Assembly (NCBI RefSeq): GCF_020745735.1
Contig: NC_083409.1
Coordinates: forward strand, 88,246,048 to 88,310,047
Reading direction: 5' to 3'
DNA from: Hemiscyllium ocellatum
Taxonomy: Eukaryota
DNA: 64,000 nucleotides
Both the position numbers and the translations under genes were made by a program. The notes under the pieces are model-generated. The model saw nothing but the letters and a program-made list of their open reading frames with translations. It searched no databases and was not told the origin of the DNA. This document shows positions 52,487 through 63,621 of this stretch, one piece after another (the stretch's first letter is position 1; each line of letters begins with the position of its first letter).

Positions 52487-54807
52487 TTGATTCTCAGTGA
52501 AATGGGATGCAACTAAATTATTTAAATCAGTGAGAGTTCTAAATTTTTTCCCAAAATTATATTTTATTCAGAAAACTGTTAAAGTACATTGCAAAATGTA
52601 TCAACTTGAATTTTGTTGCACTGCTGCACTTTTCAACTTATCTCCATAAAGCCGTTTCACTCTACTATTTCTCTACAATTGTAATAGTCGTAAAATTTAC
52701 AATAGATACTTCATGTTAGGCTCACAGCTTGAGGAAAATGTTTCAAATTGAAAACTCCTGAAAATGCAATAGAACTAAACTTTCCTTCCTGCACCCTGTT
52801 TCTATCTAAGATAATGCAATAAGTTTCCATTGCAATTAATGTTCACAATGTACATTCCTTGTTGGGCGTACAAATTCCCACTGCTCAGGTGGAACTCAGC
52901 TATCTCAGTGACATACTGTGAGCACAGTGCTTATTCACTGATTCTGACTGTATGTCCTAACAGATTGGATATGTGATTCCTACTTTTTAGACAATATCTT
53001 ATCAATTTTCATATTTCACCTTAAATTTGTGAAGCTGTAAGCTTAAATACAACCTTGCAATCAAATCTTTTCATTAATTTTTAGAAATACATTTTACATA
53101 TGATGTTGTGAGGCATTCTATTGCCCACTTACCTCATGCTACTTGCCGATTATTCTGAGCAAGATCAATCAGACATGACTTTGTTAATAAGGTTAAAACA
53201 GAAAATAATTATCACTGAAATATGATCAATCTTCCAAGGCCTTCCAAGTCATGAGCAAATGGCTCATGGTCATTGTTTGACACTAAAGTACAGATCAATC
53301 TGAAAGGTAGTTGCTGCATTGAAATGCTGTGGCTTCCACCCTTGCCATTTATAATATTCCTGCTCATTTCTAAAAGCTACCGACATTTGCTGAATGCCAC
53401 TAAGCATACTCTATTACCATAGGATACAATTACAACACCACCACCGATAATCTATAAAATGCAGTTCAATAAGATTTTCGCACCTCGTTAGTTTCCTATA
53501 TTTACTCATTTAAATAGCTCCATTATCTTGTGGTGAAGTAGGATCTCCAATCAGTTTCAATCAACTGTTTGCACCTCGTTAAAGACTGATTATCTTAGTG
53601 ATAAGAATCTGAGCGTTGGTATTGATTTGTAAGTATTAAGGGAGGGAGTTGGAAAGTGGAGAGAGACATCAGGCCTCTAACTTGAGAAAAAGAATTGCGT
53701 GTCAACGTTTACCACCTCATGCAGAAAAATATCCCACTGACCAGATGATGCGTTTGACAAGAATGGGCTGTTGGCTAGATTCAAACATGATATGCTATGT
53801 CATTGTTCCGCCCATTGTGATTTTGCCATTCATTATGTACTATGGTTAAACTCCTATTTAAGTAGTTGTGTCTGCATTTCCAAATTAATATCGCTCTTTG
53901 GTTTGTCAAGATGGTTTTCTGCCAGACAAGGAGGTGTCCAACAGTCATTACATTATATTCCCATCTGTGCAGAAAGTGAAAAAGTGCAATAATCCAAAAT
54001 TTGGAAGACTGTTAGGGTGAAGTGAGCCAGCAGTGAACAGGTTGTAATGCTCAAACACATAGTTAATGCATAATCTACAATGGTGAAAGGAGTGTCACTA
54101 TACAGATTGTAATTGAGAAACAGTCCAGTAATGCATATGGACTGTATTATTGAAGTGGAAATGGACCATTGGTGTACAAGTTATACACTGGAAAAGGTCA
54201 CGAATGTTCATTTATTCCCAAGAATGAATTTTTAAAAAAGATTTAAGCTGCTGGCAATGCTTATCTTTAATTGTACTTGAAGAGATAGTGGTGGTATCTA
54301 TCTTAATGATCAAAACTTCAGTTCAAGCATTAGAATGTCGAGTGTTAATGACATGCTGCTATTTGAGGTACAATGTCAAGAAACTGAATCTCTGTTTGCA
54401 ATCGTGAAGACTTATTATAACAGACTGATTATCTTAGTCTCTAACATGTGCATGCTGCAGTACTAATGTTGATGTTAACAAATGTTTATTTGCATTTTCT
54501 ACATTTATTTGAACTCAGAGTAACTGGAAGAAGGCGTGAATATGTACACAACATCAGTTTGACATTCAGCATAATGACACTTTCTGGTCTTATTGAGTGG
54601 AACTTATTAAAATAGTATAAACCTTTAAGTATTATTATAAGGTTTTACAAATTATAGATGTCTATTGCATGAGTGATGTGATTCTTTTAAACTGAAATAA
54701 TTAGATTTTAAATGGACATATATTAGAGTATAATATGATAATATAGTGCATATGATTCTATAATAGTAAAATTGTATCTAATCTTTTGACCCTGGCAGCA
54801 TTTGTTA

Positions 54808-55140
54808 TAAGAACCATGGAATCCGTACACTGTAGAAGCAGGCCATTTGACCCACTGAGTCCACACTGACCCTCTGAAGAGCATGACACCCAGACCTACA
54901 CCTTCTCTCCCTCAAACCCTGCATTTCCTATTGCCAATCCATCTAACCTATGCGTCCCTGGATACTCTGAGCAATTTAGCACAGCCAATCTACCTAACCT
55001 CCACATCTTGGACTGTGTGACTAAACTGGAGCATCTGGGGGAAACTCACACAGACACGGGGAGAACATGAAAACTCCACAGAGACAGTTACCCAGGTCCC
55101 TGGTGCTGTGAAGCAGAAGTGCTAACCACTGAACCACCAT
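54808..55140 (-). mobile_element. HE1-like V-SINE, decayed
   Basis: CAGACACGGGGAGAAC..AAACTCCACA and GTGCTAACCACTG. Confidence 0.8.
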
Positions 55141-55195
55141 TCCACCACTATTATTATTGTTTCTGCCAATTAAATCAGGGACTATAGATTTATGT

Positions 55196-55401
55196 CGAGA
55201 GTGTGGTGCTGGCAAAGCACAGCAGGTCAGGCAGTATCCGAGGAGCAGGAAAATCAACATTTTGGGCAAAAGCCATCCTGACGAAGGGCTTTTGCCCGAA
55301 ACATTGATTCTCCTGCTCCTCGGATGCTGCCTGACCTGCTGTGCTTTTCCAGCACCACACTCTCGACTCTAATCTCCAGCAGTCCTCACTTTCATCTAGT
55401 T
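55196..55401. mobile_element. Penelope-like foldback (family A)
   Basis: Inverted arms around CTGACGAAGGGCTTTTGCCCGAAAC; TSD GACTATAGAT(T/G)TATGT at 55180-55195 and 55402-55417. Confidence 0.9.
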
Positions 55402-57395
55402 GACTATAGATGTATGTTCAGTATTACTTGTAGTCTACTTTGTTTCCATATTGCTTGTTGGATGCAACTATTTATCTCTGAAATGTTCAGTGATGATGGT
55501 GAGAAATATTAAAGATGTTATAATATGAGTAATATAACAGATTTGCTGAAATCTTTACTGATATTGGTTTTTCTCCAATGACTTCATTCTACTATGTCAA
55601 TTTGGATGGAATGTATTTTCTACTTCATGTTGAAAGCCAAGTGACTTTTGGTGAAAGAGTAAAGTGGACAATATTCAGTTAATCACCTACTATTCATTGC
55701 ACCCAGTGGAGGGTAAACTGGGAAAGGTGTATAACATGTGGTTAATTTTGTACTGAATTAGACCAAAGTTAGTGAAAGTGAGCCCACCTACGCATTGGAT
55801 AAACCATTTAACAATCAGATATAGACACAACTCAGTTCTTTAGCATAGTATAAACTTCCACTGGTATTCAATTTCTTTCATTAGCAGGTGTACTCTTAAC
55901 TCTGGAAGTTTATATTTTTCCACATCACTTTTTCCCCCTCCATCTTTGAGTCTTTAACTCTCAGACCAAACTTTTGGTGAGTTGTCTTAATATCTCTTCA
56001 TGTGATGCAGATTTAAATTTTGGCTGATCATGTCCTGTTAATCATCTTGGGGGACATTTAACTATTTAAAGGCATGATATGACTGCACATTGTTATTGTT
56101 CATGGAAACTTAGTGATAGATGTGTGTTTGGGCACCTCGATTCGGGGAGGTGATGTTCAACTAGCTGACATGACAGAAAGCAGACCAAACTGGGAAAAGA
56201 TAATGCTAACCTTCCCAATCTAAATGTGAAGCTGTGGGACATACCTGGAGACTGAATTGAGCTTCCTTGGAGCTACACTCCAAACCAATGTTGGCTGATT
56301 TGAAAATGATAGGTTAAGGAGGAAGGGGTAGTAGGTGAATGGCTTATGTCTCCCCATTGACTTTATCACTAAAAAAAAGACATATCGACATTTTTATTAC
56401 TATTGAAAATTTAATGCTAGATTTATGTTGTGATGCATTTTACCATGCTATTTTTCCATTATAAATAATTGTGATATATAGATGATTCACACATGATAGC
56501 ATCCAAAAAATTATATAGTTAATCTTCCCAGTACAATTACATTACTACATTATTGTAATTTTAAAAAAATGTCCATGTGGTTATTAATGTGTGTGCAGGA
56601 ACAATTTATATTTGCAACCTGGTTCAATACAAACAAACTGCTTAATATTCTATTTATTAGTTTGATTAAGTCTAGACAAACCGTATTAAAAAAAAAGTCA
56701 ACTATTCTCTGGGTGCTATAATAAACAGCCCTTTAACGTCTGAATTTCAACCAGTCCAGAGTTGGCTAAGTCTTATCAGTTGTATGAAGTGGCATTAGTG
56801 TTGGTGAAGTCCTGCTGAAGGACAGCTGCTGTTCTCTCCAGTACTTGATGGCAGTGGATATGGTGGTCATTCCTCCTCACAGTCAACTCAGATCCCCTTT
56901 TTAAGCAGAACGTGAGCCACTCACCAAACGCAGAAGGTTATGGCCAACTCCAATACTCCCGTCCCCCAAAATCAACAACTAGGTATCCAAAGCTTTGTCA
57001 GAGTGGTTTTATCCTGAGCTGGAAAAGGATCTTAACTTCACCTCATGCAGGTGAACTTACAGAAGCATTTACCACTGGCATCCAAAGGTATTATACCATC
57101 CTATCACATTCCTCAAGGGCATGTCTAAAGTGTGTTACAAATTACAAAATCCATGTGGTAATCCCTTAACACTTTACGCAAACAGTTGAGTCAAGACAGA
57201 GCAGAGGAATGTAAGAAATAGGATCAAGAATAGACCATATAACTTGTTCAACTTGTTCTGCTATTCAGTAGGATCACAGCTGATCTTTGACCTCAACTCC
57301 AGTTTCCCATGATCTGGATATCTCTTAATTCCCTCAGATTTCAAATTATCTCAGTCTTGTAGGTTGGTGAACTTGATAGATTGATAATTATTTGT

Positions 57396-57718
57396 GGGGC
57401 AACACAGTGGCTCAGTGATTGGCGCCAGAGACCCAGGTTCAATTCCAGCCTTGGCCGACTGTCTGTGTGGAGTTTGCACATTCTCCCTGCATCTGCATGG
57501 GTTTCCTCCAGTGTTCTGGTTTCCTTCCACAGTCCAAAGATGTGTAGGTTAGGTGGATTGGACATGCTAAATTGCCCATAGTGTCCCGGGCTGGGTGGAT
57601 TACTCATGGGAAATGCAGAGTTACAGGGATAGGATAGAGTAGAGGGTGTGGGTCTGGGTGGGATACTCTTCTGAGGGACCTGATGGGCTAAATGGCATGC
57701 TTCCCCCATGTAGGGATT
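57396..57718 (+). mobile_element. HE1-like V-SINE inserted into an old CR1 fragment (57212-57800, minus)
   Basis: B box GGTTCAATTCC and V-domain. Confidence 0.8.
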
Positions 57719-58050
57719 GTATTTGATAGAAATAAAATTATCCTCACTGCAGTCTGGAATGGCCATCCCTTCATCTTGAAACAGTGTTTCCTAGTTATGG
57801 ATGCCAGGTTTGGATAATGTTGAATCTATGGAAGTTTGAAGATGAGAAACTGGTCAGCAGTGCATTGGAATAGTTGTGCCCAGAGGGATAAAGACATGGA
57901 TGAGGGTCTCAGCAGCTGCTAAACTGAGAGAGTCTGGAGATGGATGATGGTATGGAGTTGGTAATAAGTGGTCTTAGTGTAGATACATGGACAGTAACTC
58001 AATGAAGAGCAGACAGTGGTTGCTAGAATAATTAGTAGAAGCGAAATAAA

Positions 58051-58278
58051 GCTGAAAATGTGTTGCTGGAAAAGCGCAGCAGGTCAGGCAGCATCCAAGG
58101 AGCAGGAGAATCGATGTTTCGGGCATGAGCCCTTCTTCAGGAATCATTTCGGGCATGAGCCCTTCTTCAAGAGAGCCTGCTGTTGTTCTCTCCAGTACTC
58201 CTCATTTGAACAACTTCTTTTTCCAATCCTCCCACTTTCAGCTCTGATCTCCAGCATCTGCAGTCCTCACTTCCTCCG
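58051..58278. mobile_element. Penelope-like foldback (family A)
   Basis: TSD AGAAGC(G/T)AAATAAA at 58037-58050 and 58279-58292; TTTCGGGCATGAGCCCTTCTTCA duplicated in tandem. Confidence 0.85.
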
Positions 58279-60172
58279 AGAAGCTAAATAAATGCTTGTA
58301 AGAAAACAAAAGTGTGGAATTAGCAATCTGGGAGTTGGAAACAATCCTGGTAATTCATAAAGAAAGAAATTCTGTGATCCAGTAAAACACAGCTGTGCTC
58401 ATTCATTTATACAGCATCAGGAGCCCTCAGCACCAATCCTGTTTGGTTTTACTGGTTAATCTGAGACTGGGCAGGGCACTTGTGTTAAAATGTGACAGGG
58501 GTGTGATAATGATGTACAGGGAGTGCCTGGACTATATACCTGATATGTAACCCCAACAGCTAAGTTAAAGTGGTAGGATGTGGGAAATGTGTGTGAGTGG
58601 TGCTTCCTGGCCATAGATGTGACTTAAACTACATTATTGCTGGGCATTAGAAGTGAGGTTCAAATCAATCAAGTTTTAATTGCTTCATCTGCGGTTTTTA
58701 AACAATCTGATTTTAATGCCATAGACTGACCCAAAGGAAGGAATCTCACACTGCTTTGAAGTCAGTTCAGGTCTTCATTTACAATTTACATGCTAGATTT
58801 AGTGTGGCATGAATAATTTTCACCTTACCCCCACAGGGGAGCTTTTCCTTGTTCCTGTTCCTGCGTGGCAAAAAAGAAAAATTGGATGGTGCAGACTGCA
58901 TCCAAATGGATGGAAAATCATAGGAATTTTCAAATGATTCTCCTTGTCTAAATTTTCACTATTTGCAGCATTCGGGTAATCCTGTATCAGTCAGAATATG
59001 ACCACGAAAACCTATCCCATAGAGTGGCAGGCTCAGAAAGGTGTTTAATGTAGAACGTATCTTTTGGGGAAGCTGTAACCCAGCTTCTAACCTTTGAGCG
59101 AGAAATGCTGGATTCTGAAATTTGTTTCTGATGTGCTTCACTGCAAGAAGCACCAAATGCATTAAAAACAAAGTGAGATACATCAACTGAAGCATTGATG
59201 CTTTAATCAGTCAGTGTTTTAAGAGGGTGCCATTGCAGCAGAACGTTATTCCCTGGAAATAAGATCCATTGAACCAATACATTCACTTGCATTTTGGTGT
59301 AAGGGTTGATTTACTGCTCTGTGATTACATAGTTAATGGGTTTCTTTCAACTGAAGTAAAGTTCTAAGTGTGTCATTATGTCTGTAATTGATTTATTGAA
59401 TAATTTATGCTGTGTTTATGCCAATCTAAGGTCAAACCAAGATATCCAGATTGGATTATGCATTTTAAAGCTGAAGGGAATTTAGTAAACATTACAGTTC
59501 TGATTTTAACCAGCACTGGGAATCGGGTGACAAAGCAAGCATCAAACTCAACCTGACCCTTGTGGTGTGGGGTTTCAGGCAATTTTAAGTCATCCACCAG
59601 TCAGCTGCTGTCCCTGGTTCCTCAAAGAGATTAAAATTGCATTTGTGGCTTGATTACATCAGAGGAGCATGATCTGCCCATTTTAGGAATGACCAAACGA
59701 ATTGCAGACCGGCATCCATCCTCAATGCCCAGATGAGTGGGTTAAATTCAAAGATGACGGGATCAGCATTGGACATCAGCAAATCCGGTTTCCGATAAAT
59801 TTCCTGGCAAGCAGGGAAGGGTTAACATCCGTGTGTAAGTTGGACAGGATAATCAATGGGCAAAAAGAAATGAAGATCAAGGTCAATAGGAAGAACATAT
59901 CAATGTGAGGGCATGATACTATACTTGTGCCCAAGAGGAAGTATAGGATTGTATGCGAGCTTTGCTGAGTAACTGACAAAGCGGATTTATTTACAAGGAA
60001 GTCTGCCCTGTTTTGGAATCCACTGAACCCTGTCTAAAGGATAAATAATGCACCATGCCCCTGCCAGCAATAGCAGTGGAACATGTTCCTCAGCAATACA
60101 TTTCCATAATTTCAATCTTTGACGACTTACCTGATGTATGTTACTGATGCTACCATGTAAGTTCCCATAAAG

Positions 60173-60736
60173 GCCTCTGGCATGGAGCCTGGCCCCGTTG
60201 CTCAGAAGGGTAGGGTGGAGAAAGGTAGAGCAATAGTTCTTGGGGACTCGATAGTGAGGGGTACAGACAGACGGTTTTGTGGGGGCGACAGGGACTCACG
60301 TTTGGTATGTTGCCTCCCAGGTGCAAGGGTACGTGATGTCACTGATCGTGTTTTCCGGGTCCTTAAGGGGGAGGGGGAGCAGCCCCAGATCGTGGTCCAC
60401 GTTGGCACCAACGATATAGGTAGGAAGAAGGGTGAGGATGTCAGACAGGCTTTCAGGGAGCTAGGTTGGAAGCTCAGAGTTAGAACAAACAGAGTTGTAG
60501 TCTCTGGTTTGCTACCCGTGCCACGTGATAGAGAGTCGAGGAATAGGGAGAGAGAGCAGTTAAATGCATGGCTACAGGGATGGTGCAGGAGGGAGGGATT
60601 CCAGTTTCTGGACAACTGGGGTCCTTTCTGAGGAAGGTGGGACCTCTATAAAAAGGATGGGCTACACCTGAACCTGAGGGGCACCAGTATCCTTGGGGGG
60701 AGGTTTGCTAGTGCTCTTTGGGAGGGTTTAAACTAA
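60173..60736 (+). pseudogene. CR1 ORF1 C-terminal SGNH esterase domain with one nonsense codon
   Basis: GDS, PGA, HVGTND motifs; TGA at 60629-60631, after which the frame continues GRWDLYKKDGLHLN...WEGLN to TAA at 60734-60736. Confidence 0.9.
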
Positions 60737-63621
60737 CTCCGCGGGGGCATGGGAACCAGGACTGTAGCTTTAGGGTACAGGACCTTGAGTGTAGGGAGGT
60801 TAGGAATAATGCAGCGATCTCTAAGGAGGGTGCCTGTAACCAGAAGGGTGGATTGAAGTGTGTATACTTCAATGCCAGAAGTATAAGGAATAAGGTAGGT
60901 GAACTTGCAGCGTGGGTTGGTACCTGGGACTTCGATGTTGTGGCCATTACAGAGACGTGGGTAGAACAGGGACAAGAATGGCTGTTGCACGTTCCAGGGT
61001 TCAAATGTTTTAGTAGGATCAGACATGGGGGTAAAAAAGGGGGAGGCGTGGCATTACTTGTCAAAGACAGTATCACAGCAGTGGAATGGACGATGGAAGA
61101 GGACTTGCCATCTGAGGTAGTTTGGGCTGAGGTTAGAAATAGGAAAGGTGAGGTCACCCTGTTAGGTGTTTTCTACAGGCCTCCTAATAGTCCTAGAGAA
61201 GTAGAGGATAATATTGCGAGGATGATTCAGGAAAAGAGTGAAGGTAGCAGGGTGGTTGTTATGGGGGACTTTAACTTCCCAGATATTGACTGGGAGAGCT
61301 ATAGCTCGAGTTCATTAGATGGGTCGGTGTTTGTACAATGTGTGCAGGAGGGTTTCCTGACACAATATGTCGACAGGCCAACAAGAGGGGAGGCTATATT
61401 GGATTTGGTTCTAGGTAATGAACCAGGCCAGGTGTTAGACTTGGAGGTAGGTGAGCACTTCGGGGACAGTGACCACAACTCGGTGACTTTTACTTTAGTG
61501 ATGGAGAGGGATAATCATGAGCCGCAGGGCAAGAGCTATAGCTGGGGGCAGGGAAATTATGATGCAGTGAGGCATGACTTAGGATGTGTGGATTGGAAAA
61601 ACAGGCTTCAAGAGAAGAACACTAATGAGATGTGGGGATTGTTCAAGGAGCAGCTACTGCGTGTCCTCGATAGGTATGTACCAGTCAGGCATGGTGTAAA
61701 GGGCCTTGTGAGGCAGCCGTGGTTTAGTAAGGAATTGGAGTCCCTTGTGAAAGGGAAGAAGGCGGCATATGTAAAGATGAGGCGTGAAGGTTCAGTAGGG
61801 GCGATTGAGAGTTATAAGGTAGCCAGGAAGGAGCTAAAGAGGGAGCTAAGAGAAGCGAGAAGGGGACATGAAAAGTCTTTAGCTGGTAGGATTAGGGAAA
61901 ACCCAAAGGCTTTCTATAGGTATGTCAAGAATAAAAGGATGACTAGGGTAGGTATCGGTCCAGTCAAGGATAGTAGTGGGAAGTTGTATGTGGAGGCGGA
62001 GGAGATTGGAGAGACATTAAATCAGTACTTTTCATCAGTATTCACTCAGGAACAGGACACTGTTGCTGATGTGAATATGGAATCACAAATAATTAGAATG
62101 GATGCCCTGGAAATATGCAGGGAAGAGGTTTTGGGAATATTGGAAAGGATGAATATAGATAAGTCTCCTGGGCCTGATGGCATTTACCCCAGGATCCTAT
62201 GGGAAGCTAGGGAGGAGATAGCAGAGCCATTGGCCTGGATTTTTCTGTCGTCATTGTCAATGGGAATAGTACCAGAGGACTGGAGGATAGCGAATGTGGT
62301 CCCATTGTTCAAGAAAGGGAGTAGGGATAGCCCTAGTAACTATAGGCCAGTGAGTCTGACTTCAGTGGTGGGCAAAGTCTTAGAGAGAATGGTAAGGGAT
62401 AAGATTTATGAACATCTGGGTAGGAATAACGTGATCAGGGATAGCCAGCATGGTTTTGTGAAGGGCAGGTCGTGCCTCACAAACCTTATTGAGTTCTTTG
62501 AGAAGGTGACTAAGGAAGTGGACGAGGGTAAAGCAGTAGATGTTGTGTATATGGATTTTAGTAAGGCGTTCGATAAGGTTCCCCATGGTAGGCTAATGCT
62601 AAAACTTCGGAGGTATGGCATTGAGGATACATTAGAGGTTTGGATTAGGAATTGGCTGGCTGGAAGGAGACAGAGGGTAGTAGTTGATGGATTATGTTCA
62701 TCTTGGAGCGCAGTTACTAGCGGTGTACCACAAGGATCTGTTTTGGGACCATTGCTTTTTGTTATCTTTATAAATGATCTAGAGGAAGGACTTGAAGGCT
62801 GGGTAAGCAAGTTTGCGGATGACACAAAAGTCGGTGGAGTTGTGGATAGTGAGGAAGGAAGTGGTAGGTTACAGAGGGATATAGATAAGTTGCAGAGCTG
62901 GGCGGAAATGTGGCAAATGGAATTCAATGTAGCTAAGTGCGAAGTCGTTCACTTTGGTAGGAATAACAAGATGATGGATTACTGGGCTAATGGTAGGCTA
63001 CTTGGTAGTGTGGATGAGCAGAGGGATCTTGGTGTCCATGTACACAGATCTCTGAAAGTTGCCACCCAGGTAAATAGTGCTGTGAGGAAGGCATATGGTG
63101 TACTGGGCTTTATTGGCAGAGGAATTGAGTTCCGGAGTCCTGAGGTCATGTTGCAGTTGTATAAGACTCTGGTGAGGCCTCATCTGGAGTATTGTGTGCA
63201 GTTTTGGTCGCCATACTATAGGAAGGATGTGGAAGCTTTAGAACGAGTGCAGAGGAGGTTTACCAGGATGTTGCCTGGAATGGTAGGAAAATCTTATGAG
63301 GAAAGGCTGAGGCACTTGGGGCTGTTCTCATTGGAGAAGAGAAGGTTTAGGGGAGATCTGATAGAAGTGTATAAGATGATTAGGGGTTTAGATAGGGTAG
63401 ATACTAAGAACCTTTTACCGCTAATGGAGTCAGGTGTTACTAGGGGACATAGCTTTAAATTAAGGGGAGGTAGGTATAGGACAGATGTTAGGGGTAGATT
63501 CTTCACACAGCGGGTTGTGAGTTCATGGAATGTCCTGCCCGTATCAGTGGTGAACTCTCCTTCTTTATGGTCATTTAAGCGGGCATTGGATAGGCATTTG
63601 GAAGTTATTGGGCTAGTATAG
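60718..63621 (+). CDS. CR1 ORF2: APE endonuclease plus reverse transcriptase
   Basis: 967 open codons: YFNARSI, AITETW, YRPP, GDFN, SDH; KSPGPDG, GVPQGSVLGP, FADD. The annotated start is TTG, not ATG. Confidence 0.95.
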   Translation: MGGFKLTPRGHGNQDCSFRVQDLECREVRNNAAISKEGACNQKGGLKCVYFNARSIRNKVGELAAWVGTWDFDVVAITETWVEQGQEWLLHVPGFKCFSRIRHGGKKGGGVALLVKDSITAVEWTMEEDLPSEVVWAEVRNRKGEVTLLGVFYRPPNSPREVEDNIARMIQEKSEGSRVVVMGDFNFPDIDWESYSSSSLDGSVFVQCVQEGFLTQYVDRPTRGEAILDLVLGNEPGQVLDLEVGEHFGDSDHNSVTFTLVMERDNHEPQGKSYSWGQGNYDAVRHDLGCVDWKNRLQEKNTNEMWGLFKEQLLRVLDRYVPVRHGVKGLVRQPWFSKELESLVKGKKAAYVKMRREGSVGAIESYKVARKELKRELREARRGHEKSLAGRIRENPKAFYRYVKNKRMTRVGIGPVKDSSGKLYVEAEEIGETLNQYFSSVFTQEQDTVADVNMESQIIRMDALEICREEVLGILERMNIDKSPGPDGIYPRILWEAREEIAEPLAWIFLSSLSMGIVPEDWRIANVVPLFKKGSRDSPSNYRPVSLTSVVGKVLERMVRDKIYEHLGRNNVIRDSQHGFVKGRSCLTNLIEFFEKVTKEVDEGKAVDVVYMDFSKAFDKVPHGRLMLKLRRYGIEDTLEVWIRNWLAGRRQRVVVDGLCSSWSAVTSGVPQGSVLGPLLFVIFINDLEEGLEGWVSKFADDTKVGGVVDSEEGSGRLQRDIDKLQSWAEMWQMEFNVAKCEVVHFGRNNKMMDYWANGRLLGSVDEQRDLGVHVHRSLKVATQVNSAVRKAYGVLGFIGRGIEFRSPEVMLQLYKTLVRPHLEYCVQFWSPYYRKDVEALERVQRRFTRMLPGMVGKSYEERLRHLGLFSLEKRRFRGDLIEVYKMIRGLDRVDTKNLLPLMESGVTRGHSFKLRGGRYRTDVRGRFFTQRVVSSWNVLPVSVVNSPSLWSFKRALDRHLEVIGLV

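Noticed and set aside
59665-59910. CpG-retaining stretch with short ORFs on both strands
   Set aside because: No recognisable homology or consistent splice phase.
62380-63506. Minus-strand ORFs overlapping CR1 ORF2
   Set aside because: Antisense shadows of a long open frame.
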